A DNA stretch of 64,000 bases from Eledone cirrhosa. Its lineage: Eukaryota. Position numbers and translations under genes: made by a program. Below the pieces are notes generated by a model, which saw nothing but the letters and a program-made list of their open reading frames with translations, had not been told where the DNA came from and searched no databases. This document shows positions 23,259-37,352 of this stretch, piece after piece (within the stretch, counting starts at the first letter, position 1; the number at the start of each line of letters is the position of its first letter). The stretch is from positions 17,360,001 to 17,424,000 of the forward strand of contig OZ024749.1 of NCBI GenBank assembly GCA_964016885.1, read 5' to 3'.

Positions 23259-26200
23259 ATAGCAGAGGTACCCGGGAATGCTTGCATATTCTTCCAAAGT
23301 AACACCATGCAGTAAATTTGCGGCTACAGAATTCCTTGCAAACTACATGACTAAGGAATTAGGATCTGTGTGTATTGTCATTGAATGATTTATTATGACA
23401 TTGCTCATTCCAAAGCCTCTTGATAAACAACATTCTTGGTTTTGCCCTGTGGTGCCACAATAAAGAGACAATCAGTGTTCCAACCTTTGTTGTGCCAACA
23501 TAAAGTTGACTGTGTTAAAAGACAGGATCTGCCAGATTCAACCCTAAACTCAGTTGGATAGTTTACAACCTGATCTTGAGAAGTGATTGTGTCAACTGAT
23601 TTGTAGCATATTTTCTCTCCCGGTAACATCTCCAGCAGCCTTCTGTTGATTTCTTTCACAGCAACATTTTTAGGTGCTAAGATTGCTCGTTCACAGAGCC
23701 ATTTCGGATCACATTGCCTGGTCTGAATGTTTGGAAATACTCTGGCAATCAGTTCTTGTTCTGTGTCAATGATATGGCCAAATGACAACTGAATATGGTC
23801 ATTGGAGTCCTTTTCAAGAAGTCCATTTCCCAATTTAAGTAGTTGGATGGCAAACTCACTGTTTGTTAAGTGCACTCGCATGTTGGTTGTAAGGTTCAGC
23901 AGCTGAAAGTGGGGTCAGACATAGGATGTTTTCAGACAGGCATTGACCTGATCAGCTCGAGTCCCTCGAAGAATTACAGGCAGAGTTTGTCTGAAATCAC
24001 CAGCAAGAACCATTGTCACTCCTCCCATTATGCAACTATTTTCTCTCAGATCCCTTATCATCCGGTCCAAAGCTTCAATTTCTCCTTTATGGCTCATAGT
24101 AGCTTCATCCCAAATTATCATCTTGCATGTTTGCAGAAGCTTGCCCTTGGGTGAGTTCTTCTTGATGTTGCAAAAAGATTGTTCATGTTGTGTGAGATCT
24201 ATGGGCAGCTTAAACATGGAGTGTGAAGTTCTTCCCCCATCCAGAAGTGTTGCTGCAATGCCACTTGAGGCCACAGCAAGGGCAATATGTGGCTTTTGGC
24301 AAACTTTTGCAATCAGGAGGTTTATGAGGAATGTCTTGCTTGTGAGCAGGAGCATCGATGAAGAAAAGTCCCCTGTCATTTTGAATGTTTTCGATGATGT
24401 TGTGGTAGGCGTATTTCTGGTCATCCATCAATCGAGGTTCATTTTAATCCACAAACTTACGCAATGCTTGAATATCGTAGTTTGTCTCCTGAAAAATGTC
24501 TTGTGCTACCTCCATTTCTTCATCTGGCTCTGGCATCCCGCAGTTAGCTAATATGCTATTCATTGCCTGAACTCGATGGGACAGGTCACAGAGAGCTTGA
24601 TTGTAAATCCTGGGGGTATATTCCATATACATATTGCCATATCTTCGGGCTAGGTGTAGATAGTTGTCCGACATATTGTTTTTATACTCCTGCCAGAGTA
24701 GATGAACTTCATCAATTCCACATGCTGTGAGAATAATAGCAAATAATTGTCTTATTTGACTGGCTACTTGATTGATTGCTGCTTCTTCTAGGCACTTTTT
24801 CCAGTGTCCATTGTCATGCAGGAGTCCATGCTGTTTACATGCTTCTTGGTATGTTGCGCACTCCCTTCCTCTGAAGCACCTAAGATCCTCCAATGATGTT
24901 GGTCCTCGAACAGTATGCAGAAGTAGCCATAAATAAAAACATTCTCTGTTGTTGGGATGGACATTGTCAACACACCCAATAGCATCACTTGACTTGACTT
25001 CATGACCTTCCACTAAATGACCCTGTTTTCTTCGATTGCAGGCCTTGCAATTGGTCCAGGTGTAGTATGTTGGGGCTTCAGCATATAGGAGGGATCGAGC
25101 AAATTCATCATTCTGGCAAAGTTTAAAGAAAGCAGTTAGTGTAGTGTCATGTGATTCTTGTGCCAACTGATGAGCAGTGATATCAGTGAAGTACACTCTC
25201 TGTCCATTTTCCAGATGGACTGCGAGGTTGACCACTGTTGGGTGGCTTTGGTGGATATCAAATCCAAAGATTCGCCAGATAGCTTCATTGCTGGAGATGT
25301 ATTGACCTGTTTGATACCGTTTCACCTCATCCAACCCACCATCATTGAGTTCTTTGTCAGTAATAAAGGTAGCCATGTCACTGCCCTTGTTGATATATTT
25401 TGTGACATATAGGATTGCCTTGACGGAGCTGCAATACTCAACATTGATATGAGCTTTTAAAAGTTTACACAACAATTTGTTGTGTGGGACGACCCACTGA
25501 TTGTTTATGGTCAGCTCCTCTCCTCGAACTGTTAGGCTTGCAGTATTGCCTCCATGTTCTGGTCTACGCCTACGATAAAGGAGGTATCCATTATTGTCAG
25601 TCCGAGTTTCCCGAATAAAAGCTCTAGGATAATGTTTGCTGCCTTTTTGATCTTTCATGCAGGGTGAGGCTGGATTGATGACTCCACATGGACCATGAAT
25701 GAGTTTGGACTTGATGGTTTCAAAGAGCTCTGGATCACCACCTTTATCAGGCAACTCTGCTGAAATGATCTTATCAACATCATCTGTTCTTATCTTCTCC
25801 TTGCACCAGATTAGTGTGTGAGAGTGAGGATACCTCTCTTCTGCCACTCAATAGTGGTCATCCAAGCACTAATCTCACCAAAGATTCTTCCTTCTTTTAG
25901 GAGCCAGATGAGTTTTTTTTTTGCTTTTCATGGAAAACCCAAGCAATGAAGTCATGTCGATCCTTTGGTTTTTGATTTTGAAATAATTCATTTGATATTT
26001 CTAACCAGTTTGAATTGCATGTAAATGTAATGAAGAGATCTGGCCGACCAAATTTTCTGACATAGGCCATTGCATCTTGCGTACGTTCATGCATGTAATG
26101 TGATCCTCCCATGAAGCTTGATGGTAGCATGACTGGCTGGCCAATATTTCTTGGGTCAACATCAGAATTGATGGCATCTCTAAAGTGGATGTAGTTATCT

Positions 26201-28480
26201 GCCCTCAACTTAGTTTGATTCCTTCGCAGAAAACCCAATCTTTCTATTTCAATTTTGGCATACATGTCCACCATGAAGTGGCTGGTTACTTCTTTGAATC
26301 GCAGAACTTGGTTGAAGTGATCACGTACCATGAAATGATAAGCATAGAATTCTTTGCAGCTGATTGATTGGCCAGTTTCTTGTCCCGTTCCTGGGCTGAT
26401 CTGCCGTAGCTGAAAATGATATCCATCTTGACCATTCCAAAAGATGAGCGGATATTGGAGTGGATCTTAGGCTCTATGAGTTTCACAAATTTGTTCCAAA
26501 TGTCCACTTCGTTTTTGCAAAACAATGTCACGTCATTCATGCTGTTCATCAACCATTATGATTGCAACTTCATCAGTGACAGGTGCATTGAGTCTGCGTT
26601 CATGTTCTGAAGCTGGGCATTTGTCTGCCCTAGTGATGATTTTAACATCTCTGGTGTTTATCATATGCTTCAGTGCATATTTAAATACACTGACGTACAT
26701 GTGATGTTGGTGAAGCATTTCTTGTAACTTTATGACTATGTAGAACTGCAATCCACCATGGACATTGGTACATCTTTGTTGTGCCTGTGTTTCATTTCCA
26801 CCCATCAAGTAAACCTGCACAAATTTGTGAGGCTCCTGTGAAAGTGGCAGAAGGCCACCCATTAAGTGGTAACACTGTCCCTGAATTTTATAAGTTGTAC
26901 AGAATCTAAAGTCAGTCACATTCCTGTCAACCTCAAAAGATGTCATTTGAAAGGCAGAATTATATTTTATGATGTATTTATTGAAGTGTCGTGCTTCTGG
27001 TGTATGCTGAAAGAGCAGATTCTTCAGACATTCAGAAGGTTCTTGTATTGTTTTAAGGCCCACTTTGCCTTTTGAGCAGCATAGACTTGGCGTTTCTGCT
27101 GCCCACTTCTTGGCACCACAATACTGGCAGCATTTGTTCATTTTCCCAATGTTCTTTTGTGGATTACTGCTGTAGTCCTTTTGGGGATCATCAGAAAAAG
27201 CTCCCATCAGCCAGTTTATTCTACTTGTGGCTTGTTCTCCTGCTCAGGCAGTAGAACGATGTGCTTGATTAGCATTTCGTCTGATTTGTGCTGTTCCTTA
27301 ATTTGTTGTTCTCGAGTAGCAGCAGTCCTTTGTTCCCGTTCATCCAAACTGTGTGCTCTTGCTAAAGCTGTTTGGGTTCTGTTAGCAGCTAGACGGACAT
27401 GCCGAACTTATTCACTTTCTTCAGATCGCTGTATTTTCTTTCTCTTAACCTCTGAAGATGACCTTCCATATAATGATCTGGAAGGTTACCGGTATGACAA
27501 AAGGCTCAATGCAAGTTTTCAAGTGTTTTACAGAGCCGAGATACAAAGTGTTAAAATGATCAAATTTTAGTTTAGAACATTTATTTGCTGACAATTGTTT
27601 CTTCCAGAGAGAAGTCTGGAATCATCGGATCATAAGGAATGTCGAAACATTGCTTATAAATTTTATGCCTGTGTTTTTTTTCCTCTGGATTCATGTTATT
27701 TCTTCTATCATGATCTCCACTTCTTCTATTCTGTAGATAAGCTTCTCTCTCCTCTGGATTCCTGTTATTTCTTCTGTCATGATCTCCACTTCTTCTATTC
27801 TGTAGAGAAGCTTCTCTCTCCTCTGGATTCCTGTTATTTCTTCTGTCATGAGCTCCACTTCTTCTATTCTGTAGATAAGTTTCTCTCTCCTCTGGATTCA
27901 TGTTATTTCTTCTATCATGGTCTCCACTTCTATTCTGTAGAGAAGCTTCTCTTGGCTCATATCATTCCTCCTTTCTTGTATTTGCTCTCGATTACAGTCA
28001 TGGATTGCTTGCCTCTCGTCTGCTCGTAACCATTTTCATTGTCTTCTTTGTTGCTCTGTCGCTGCCGCTCTTTGTTGAGTTATTCTATCTTCCATTTTTA
28101 AGAATGGTTGCTTCAATAATTATGACGAACACCTAGCTGGTATGAGAAAGTGGTTAGGGATGATGTTTGTCATAAATAAAAACTTGTAACAAAAAAAAAA
28201 AAAAAACTATGCGAGGGTAAAGCAATACCTATTTGGCGGAGGTAAAAATAGGGTGTATTATCAATCTTCAACTTACCTCACGACAGTAATATAAAATATA
28301 TAATTTCTTCTGTTGGGAGTTGAACTCGCTCTTGGGCGGTGAATAAAATTGATAGCGTGAGTAAGAGAAACCCTATAGTTTATGTTGATTAACATGGAAG
28401 TGATTAACAGTAAGAATGATATTTTAATGATTTATTTCTAGGATATAATTACATAAATGTTTAACATTTGATATAGAGGA
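23259..28480 (-). mobile_element. Near full-length decayed Helitron (RepHel)
   Basis: Ordered fragments: Cys motif CCQYCGAKKWAAETPSLCC (26533-27207), Rep motifs GRPDLFITFTCN (25897-26331), PHSHTLIW and YVTKYINK (24444-25847), Pif1 (23405-24424). Degenerate 3' hairpin near 23260-23285 and tentative A|TC 5' end at 28480; termini uncertain. Confidence 0.88.
27682..27951 (-). repeat. Four copies of a 69-bp coding-frame repeat in the Helitron 5' region
   Basis: CCTCTGGATTC recurs at 27682, 27751, 27820 and 27889; translates as NPEEREAYLQNRRSGDHDRRNNR (23 aa). Confidence 0.9.
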
Positions 28481-28675
28481 TTAAATGTATGAGTAACTTT
28501 GGAGAAATAACTATTTCCAGGGACTAATGTAGGGTTAGAACCCAGGACCTTGTGATAGGAAAGTTAACTTCTTATTGTAGCACAGGACAGATAGGAAATA
28601 CACTGTGTATATGTGTGTATATATTACTGTGTATAAATTATAAAGAGTTACAAACAGTTAAATATATATATATAT

Positions 28676-29105
28676 ATATTTATTGAAATAACAGATTAAA
28701 GTTTAAGCAAAGAATCGCTGCTTTCACCCTTAACGGGATCTTCTGAAACTAACAAAGTCAATCTGTAAACGCAGAAGTGAATATTTCAAAAAACGTTGCA
28801 ACTGGAGGAAGACAGGAAGACGATACTTTGGTTCGTGGAAACGTTCCCTGGCAAAGAACGGGAAAAAACAAATATAATACGTCATTATTTGGAGCAGTGA
28901 AAACAATTACACGCAAAGGCAAAACCACGTTTATGGTATAAAAGAAGTCGAGGACTAATATTCTATTAGGTAGTTCAAAGAGACGTTCTCTGGCAATGAA
29001 CGGAAACAATAATAAATTTGAAGACTAAAATCCAAAGAGGGCTCGATAAGGGTGAAAACAGCGATTCTTTGCTTAAATTTTAATCTGTTATTTTAATAAA
29101 TATAT
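28676..29105. repeat. Element with terminal inverted repeats of about 55 bp in (TA)n; related fragment at 13418-13545
   Basis: TATTTATTGAAATAACAGATTAAAGTTTAAGCAAAGAATCGCTGCTTTCACCCTTA is mirrored by TAAGGGTGAAAACAGCGATTCTTTGCTTAAATTTTAATCTGTTATTTTAATAAATA. Confidence 0.75.
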
Positions 29106-29319
29106 ATATATTTACCTGACAACCACTTCAACACCTATTGATCAGGTGAGCATGCCAGTCAGATTTTTATCCTCACCAGAAGATGAGATAGTGACATTGG
29201 TAAACACATAATCCCCACCCCTGGGGAAGAATGCACCTCCCAACATAACTCAGTAGTTAGTGACTTCATAGACTTAGATGAACTTGAAGACTGAGGGCAA
29301 CCTGGAGGAGAAGGATACG

Positions 29320-31800
29320 GAAGTTAAAGGACCCCTCAGCCAGTTCTAAATTTAGAGATATTTTGTTTGATCTTTACAACAGTAAGGAAGAACAAATAGA
29401 AACATACAATATAGGGGAACAGTGGGAGTTCCTGAAAGAAACTTTGCTGAAGGTGTCAAACTAGATCTGTGGCTGGAGCAGGGCTTCAGGGAGAAGGAGA
29501 GTAACTTGCTGGTGAAACACTAGGGTAGATGAGACAGTTAAGGCCAAGAGACAGGCATAGAATAATGGCAGAATGGGGGAAGCTGGTGGGTACACTACCA
29601 GGAAGCTAGGCAAGAAGTATTCTTTGCAAGGAGGGAAGCAGAGAATATATAATTTCAGCTGGTTTTATGATGTGAGGACGAAATACATGAGATGTTCAGG
29701 ATTGTGAGGGAAAATTGTGATGTTGGGGTAAAGTGTGTCCAGGATGATAATGGGGCACTGACCCTGAATAGGGTCAGCTGAAAAGTTCATAGGCAGACCA
29801 AGATACTCTCGTGGAATGACCAAATGAAGTTTATTTTTCAACATAGTCACTGGAAGGAAACAATGCAGTTATTAATAAGAAGAGTTGAAATTAATGCAGG
29901 CAAGATTTCACAGCTCTAGCATCATGCTATCATTGATAGTCTATGAACTTTTCAGCCAATCTTTGTAACATGGAAATGCCTTTATGAAAGATTACTGAAT
30001 GAGGAGTATGCATGGGAGGAAGATAGTCTACGGAAAGTGGGCCCAACAGAGGTTCCAGCCATACAAGTAAGCAGTAGCATAGTAAGGTAATTAAGGATAT
30101 GAAGACAGAGAAAGTATCTTGTCCATTGGTGATTGTTGCTGATATACTGAAAGTATCTGGGATGGTGGGTCACATCTTAACCACTGGTATTGTAAAGCAA
30201 GTAATACAAAATGGTGTCATACCAAATAAATGGTGTAGTATCATCATCATCAACTGCTACAAGGGCAAAGGAGATGTACTAGAGCTAGAAAACTATAGAG
30301 ACATTAGATGGAACACTTCATGAAGATGTTAGCGTTATAACACAGCTGATTAGGGACCAAGTTAACCTAGATGAGATGAAGTTTGGATTTTTGCCTGGTA
30401 AAAGTACCACTAATGTCCTCTTCCTTGTGTGGCAACTGCAAGAGCAGTACCTAGCTAAAATAAGCCCCTCTACTTGGCATTTGTTGACCCAGAGAGAGCT
30501 TCTGTGAGACTTCCCTGTTCCATAATCTGGTGTGTAACTTAGAAAACTAGGGGTATATGAGTGGCTTGTGAGAGCAGTAAAAGCCATGTATGGAGGAACA
30601 GTCAGTAAGGTTAAAATGAATGATGGCTATAGTGAGGAGTTGAGTGAGCAAGTCTATCAGGGCTCTGTTATTAACCCTCTTCTGTTTATTATCATCCTGC
30701 AGGCTATTACATAAGAGTTTAAGACTGGCTGTCCATGGGAACTCCTGTATGCACATGATTGAACCCTTGTAGCTTAATCTATGGTAAAATTAGAGGAGAA
30801 ATTCCAAACTTAGAAGCATGGCCTAGAATGAAAATGTTTTAAAGTTAACTTGGCAAAATAGAAAAGAAAACAGGGTCTATATCCCCTCAAGAAAATGGCT
30901 TTGCTCAGTCTAAAGGAAAGGAGTAGGTAGAAATTCCAAACTATGGATAAACAAGAGATGCAGTTGGATCTGAGTGAGGTTAGTAAAAGAATGTAAGTTT
31001 TGTATGTGCTTGATGCACAAGAGCAATAAGTAGCAAGAGCTCACAAAAAAATAAGCTACTTTAACCCTTTAGCATTTACATTACTCTATATATACTATTG
31101 TATCTTTGTGATAAAGGCTTTATCTTACATAATTATCTCACATAATATCGAATATATGAGATTTTGATATTATTTATATTGAGAACAATACCTTAATGTC
31201 GGTATGAGGGGCCAGTTATGGCTGGTTTGAACAGAAAGATGTGAGAGTATTCTGGCTAGGTATGGCCCGTTTAAATGCTAAAGGGTTAAATGTCCAGAAG
31301 GCTCTGTAGAAACCGGTTCATAGTTTCTGTTAATAAATGACCAAATTAACAGTGGAGGTGGGTGTTCTGAAGGTACAGTAGCCTGAGTGAGAATGGGATG
31401 GAAAAAGGTTAGGGAGCTACTACTACTGCTGCCTACAAAATGATTTCCCCTGAAAGTGAAAGGCAGATTGTATGAAGTCTGTGTACGAACTGCAATGTTA
31501 CATTGAAGTGAGACCAGGGCAATATATTCAGAGGACCTATAAAGACTGGAAAGAAATGAAGTTTACAGGATCTGATAGATGTGTAATAGTGTGCATGAAC
31601 AACAAGCATTAATAAACTGAGAGAGAAACTAGGCATAAGAGAGGTCAGATCCAGTGTATAGGGGAGGAGATTGTGGTGGTTTGGACATGTGATGTATATG
31701 GAAGATGACAGCTGTATAAAAATATACAGGGTCATCAAACTGGTTAACTATGAAAGAAGACCTAGGAAAGCTTGCGATGAAATAATAAAAGCTGACAAGA
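29320..31800 (+). mobile_element. Old decayed RTE LINE (linker, RT, C-terminus)
   Basis: WCSIIIINCYKGKGDVLELENYRDI (30099-30323), collinear with 62350-64000; abuts the zinc-finger remnant. Confidence 0.85.
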
Positions 31801-31814
31801 TATAATTAGATTAC

Positions 31815-32260
31815 ACTAAAGACACACACTTCCATTATGAAATATGTGGGAAGTCTTTTACTTCTAACAGTAATTTAACTGTACATACGGGAACACACAC
31901 TGGAGAAAATCTCTATCAATGTAAAATATGTGAGAAATCTTTTGTTCTGAACAATCATTTAATTGAACATAAAATAAACCACACTGGAGAGAAACCCTAT
32001 CACTGTGAAATATGTGGGAATCTTTCATTAGTAACAGTGAATATAATAAACACAAAATAACACACACTGGAGAGAAACCCTATCACTGTGAAATATGTGG
32101 GAATCTTTCATTAGTAACAGTGAATAGAATACACACAAAATAACACACACTTGTGAAAAACCTTTTACACAGTGAAATATGTGGGAAATGTTGTTTCTCT
32201 AACAGTTACTTAGACACAAACATAGAGAGGAAGGAAAGTTTTCAACTATGAAATATGAGA
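31815..32260 (+). pseudogene. C2H2 zinc-finger pseudogene remnant (about 5-6 degenerate fingers)
   Basis: Repeated CACACTGGAGAGAAACCCTATCACTGTGAAATATGTGGG (HTGEKPYHCEICG) with frameshifts and lost Cys codons. Confidence 0.85.
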
Positions 32261-33139
32261 CATCCTTCCTCTTACAAATCTAAACTTATTTTCCACCAAT
32301 ATCAAATGTGAATACTTGGCAGTTTGATAGACTCCAAACATTGCTGGCCATTTTTATAAATATATTTTCATTTGAAATTAAAATCTTTCTCTGATCTATG
32401 CTTGACTTTTTGAATTAATTTTAAATCTATGCCAGAAGTTTCTGCCTTTTGTTTGCCAACAACAACATTTCCTGGTACTGTGTGTAATTGAGGGTCCTTC
32501 CATCACCTGGGGTAAAGCATGGGCTTCCAATTGATCTCTGATGTTACTAGTATGTATGAATGGACCTGTAACTCCTGAGGGAGTCGTAGTAGCAACCTAT
32601 TGACATAGGTTATTTCTAGGGTATTTTATAACCTTCCAGGACCCATCTCCTCTCCAGGTCTGAATACAACAAATTTCTTCCAGAGAATTATTGAGATTGA
32701 ATGAGAAAGAGATAAAGAGGAAGAGTCGACCCCAGTATTAGACTGGTACCTTTGTTTATTGACCTCAAATGGATGAAAGGAGAAGTCGACCTAGGTGAGA
32801 TTTGAACTGAGAGAGTAGAGAGCTGAAACAAATACTGCAAAGTATTCTATCAGACATTCTAACGACTCATGAAATTCACATAATAACGTGAGATAATTGT
32901 GAGTATGTAATTCCACATACCTGTCTTAATGTTTATATTGATAGGTAGACCAGGTAATGAAGATAGTTAGAGTGAGTTGAGAAACATCATGACAAATTCC
33001 CTGGTGTATATGGAAGCTAGATATATGGCACAGGGGGGCATACATACCAAATAGACTTTATCCTCCAGAAAACGGGACAGGCAAATGGTTGTAATGCCTG
33101 TCCCGGGGAAGAATGTACCTCCAAACATAGACTAGTTGT

Positions 33140-35180
33140 CAGTGACCCTAAAGTAAGGGTTAAGAGGCCCAGTCTAGAGAAGGAAGAACTGTAACTCTCT
33201 GTAAGTAACAAATTCAGAGACATCCTACTATTACATCTAAAACAGTAAGGAAGAGGAGTTAGGGACATATAATATAGAGGTAAATTAGGAAGTTCTATGG
33301 GATAATCTGAGAGGGTGATATAAGCCATGTATACAGGTGATATCAGTAAAGTTAAAATTAATGACTATAGTGAGGAGTTTCACTTGCAAGTTGGGGTCCA
33401 TCAAGGCCCTGTCCTTAGCCCTTCTCCTGTTTATTCCCCTGGCTATATCAGAATAATTTAAAACAGGATGCTGATGATTGAACTATCATAGCTGAATCTA
33501 TAGCAGAAGTAGAGGACAATTCCTGCCCTAGTAGCACAACCTGGAATAAAAATGTATTAAAGTCAAATTGGCAAAGACTAAAGTCCTTGTATGTAGAAAA
33601 GAAAACAAGGTCCAGATCTCCTCAGAGAAATGGCCTTACTCAGTGTGTATGTAAAGGGTAGGTAGAAATTCCACCCTGTCCTAAATGTATACTATGGGGA
33701 CACAAGAGATGTAGTGAGATCTCAAGTAGGCTAGCTAAGTACATAGGTTTTATATCTGGCCAGGAGCAGTAAGCAGCGAATGCTGACAGGTAACAAGCTC
33801 TATTAAATTCTGTGAGAGTTATGTAGAAGCAGTTGATAGCTTCTGTTACCTGGATGACAAAATTAGCAGTGGTGGTGGGTGTTCTGAAAATACAACTGCC
33901 AGAATGAGAACTGGATGGAGAAAGTTCAGGGAGCTACTGCTGTTAGCTACAAAAGTTGTTTCCACTCATAATGAAGGACATATTGATTGATGTGTGTATA
34001 TGAACAGCAAATCTGCATGGTATTGAGTCCTGGTTTCTGTGTGTAGAGGACCTATAAATATTGGAAAGAAATGAAGCTTACATGCCCCAATGGATGATCT
34101 CTGGAGTTTTGCTGTACTGCAGAAGACCTGCCTTCCTATGTACACAGGATAAAGCAACATCTAGTGGTTTCTAGCATACACCACCTCTTCCTCTCCTTCT
34201 TCCATACTCGTCCCACGTCTTAACACTCCACCCTTCACCAGCTAAATACCCCACCCTAGACATACCTCTCCAATCCCCACCCTACACACATGCAAGCCCC
34301 ATCCCCACCACACTCTCCACGTCTGATGCACCCCTCTTGACCAACCCATGTATACAAGTGTTGAAAGCTGACCACACTCTCCTACAATGCTGCTGAAACG
34401 GCTAAAAGTTCTCAGTCCACCCTCTAAAGGGGACATGCTGGTGATACGGAAAAGTCCCCTAGTCCATCATGTTAGGGGCTCATGCTGGTGCTACGAATAA
34501 AAGCTCTGTAGGTAACATGACAAAAGGGCATAGAGTCCTCCCTCCAGGGGGTCACATTGATGACATAAGTACCCAGTGTAAGGGGTCACGTTGGGGCACA
34601 ATAGAAGGAGCTAGGTCTGCCCTGTAGGGTGGACTGGTGGTTGGTGACACAACAAAGAACACCCAGTCTGTACTTTAAGATGATCATGTTGGGGACATGT
34701 CAAAAGAACCCAGTCCACCCTGTAGGGTAGGTTTGGTAGCGACACAAACGTCTAGACCCCACTATCGTGATGGTGACACCACAATATACGCACACCCCAA
34801 ACTTGGTGACAAGATGGAAAGCGTCAAGCCGACACAGTAAAGTGGTCGTGTTGTTGACGTGATAAAACGTTCCCAGTCCACACTGTAATTTGGTCATTTT
34901 GGTGCTACGACAAAAGGCGCCGACTCCATACTGTAATCTGGTCACGTTGGTAACACGACAAAAAGCGCCCAGTTCACTCTGTAAAGTTGTCGTTTTGGAG
35001 CCACGATAAAAACACTCAGTCTCCACAGTGAAAATGTGGTTGATGTTAAAAGGGAAGACGTAGAGACCAAGCTAGAAACAGTTCTGTATGAGCATGACAC
35101 AGTCATCTGATCCCACAATAGGGCAATTAGTCTGACCCATGCTAGCGTGGCGTTAAACAGTGATAAGGATGATGACACAC
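33140..35180 (+). mobile_element. Old, internally deleted RTE LINE with repeated 3' UTR
   Basis: GTTGGGGTCCATCAAGGC, GGATGACAAAATTAGCAGTGG and repeats of about 46 bp at 34400-35050 match the family. Confidence 0.75.
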
Positions 35181-35321
35181 AGACCACGTGATTTAGTAAA
35201 CTACCAGGGGAGATAACTCCACTTTAGCTTTATATAAATCTCGCCTTAGTATGATTGAATAATCCTTTATTTAAAGTTGTTCCAGCTGTGACCATCACGT
35301 TTCTGTATATATATATATATA

Positions 35322-37352
35322 GCGGCGGTGAATTAGTTTTGCGAGGTTTTTTTATATGAAATCGTGTGTCGAAACAAATATTGTTATACTTGGGGAGGGT
35401 CATATTTGTGTAATATTGCCAGAATTAATAACAGAACACACTCACTGTTTGGTTGGTTTTCGCTTCTCGCTTCTGTGTCTTTTATATCGGTAATCTAACT
35501 TACTCGGTCCTCAATGTCGCCATTGACTGACCGACGGTCAAAAATAATACAGATACAATATAGACACAAACACATATATATAGTTTATCATAAATCTTTC
35601 GTTGCACATCTGCAACATCGTCAGTGGTGTTATATCTTCCTCCTGTTGTACTGTATGTCTACGCCATTTTTATTCAGTCTGTCTATATATTTATTTATTT
35701 ATTTGCTTGTTTGTTTATTTTATTTTGTCTTCTTTGCGCATGCATTTGCGTGTGTGTATAGTGTTTTGTTGACTAGTGTGTGTTTATGTGCTTGTTGTTA
35801 TTGTGCTTGTGTATGTATTTATTTATTTATTTTATTTTATTTACTTATTTATACTTCTCTTAGGTCAGTGTTGTTTGTTTGGGTGTTGTTGTTATTCCAT
35901 TCATTCTTTCTGTTTAGCCTTGGTCTTCTAATTTCTATTTCACTGGCTTCTCTGATTTGCCTATCTGCTGGGTCATTTCTATGTTTAGATATTATTCTAA
36001 TTTCTATGTTGTCTATGTTACCGTCATGTTGTTGTCTAGCATGTTCGTATAGTACTGACCCGTTTTTTCGTCCTTTTAGTTCCCCCAATGTTGGTCTATC
36101 CTTTCACCTATGCTACGAGCTGTCTCACCTATGTATGTTGTTGTCATGTTTCTGCAAGTACCCTCTGTACATCTTATGCTATTGACTACGTTTCTAGTTT
36201 TACAGTTTATCCGGGGTTTCACCTTACATATGATACATTTCCTATTAGTACAGTGGGTTTTCTTAAAAAGGTAGGTTTTGCTGATCAGGGATTTTATGGT
36301 GGTTCCTGGCTTTTCTACCACCTTTATTTTTAAGTGGGTCTTTCTCAGGGCCTTTCTACACTGGTTAGCTAATTTCCCTCCAGGGGTGGCGTCCACAAAC
36401 ATGACACTCTGGTATCTCTGGTTGTCGTACCATGAGGTGGCTTTCCCTATCTTATGTCTAGCCCTATCTAAGCTATTCCATGATTTGCTCCTGTATAATG
36501 GGCAAATTCCTTTCATGTCCAGTTCTATGAGGGTCTTATACTTTTCATGGCTCCTTCGTATACTCTGACTCTGTCTCTTTGGTTGTAGCCAGAGAACTGC
36601 ATGCGGTTGATGAAGTGTTGGATGTGTCTTTCCATTTCTGTTGGGTCGCACATTCGGGACACATTCTTCATCACTCGTACCAAATCTGCGATCAGAATAT
36701 TAAACTTAGCACTACTGGACATTGCTGAGTTTTTGAGTATCAGGTATTTGGAGGCCATGGGTTTAGCATAGTGTGAGTGGAGAATTTGGGCTCTCTCGTC
36801 TATAGTGTTAATCCAGAGTTCTGTGTCTAATACAGGTAGTCTATTGTTAGGGTGTTTGGAAGGGAAGTCGATAGTTACAGTTATACTCTGGTGTATGGAA
36901 TTAGCTATCTGCTGGATGCTTTCCATCGTGCTACGTTCTAAATCAAACTTGTCAGTGCTCTCTAGTGGGGGTGTTCTTATAACTATATTGATATCGTCTA
37001 CATGATGAGGTCTATGGAGCTCTTATTAAGGAGATCTTTAAGTCTCCTTTCCCACCATACCATGAAAAGGTTGGCAACATCACCAGCTATGCTGACGCCG
37101 ATGACTGCTCCCTCATTTTGGGTGTAGATCTTCTCGTTGAACTTAAATATGTGGCCCTTTAGGGTAGTTTTGATACTAGCCCCTATTGCATGTGCGACCA
37201 TTTTTCTTACCTGATCATTGTTTTGGGTGGTTCGTATAGCTTTGGTCCACCCAATCCACCTTCTCATGGGAGTCTTTTTTTGCCATTGAGGTTATGGTGG
37301 GGGGGTCTACCTCTTATAGGTCTACTGGGGCAGAAACATCTAAGGTCATGGC
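35322..37352 (-). mobile_element. Penelope-like element, 5'-truncated inverted copy
   Basis: Reverse complement of 39481-41446, continuing into the sequence found at 37395-37449; starts next to (TA)n. Confidence 0.93.
35575..35636 (-). ncRNA. Minimal type I hammerhead in the inverted Penelope pLTR
   Basis: Same sequence as 41192-41250 in reverse (TCGTCAG at 35618-35624). Confidence 0.65.

Noticed and set aside
27445-27500. CTGAAGA followed by a 10-bp hairpin, resembling a hammerhead start
   Set aside because: No GAAA after the stem and no stem I or III pairing.
35514-36185. Hydrophobic 223-aa ORF, and similar ORFs at 38009-38572 and 40648-41314
   Set aside because: Antisense shadows of A-rich Penelope sequence.
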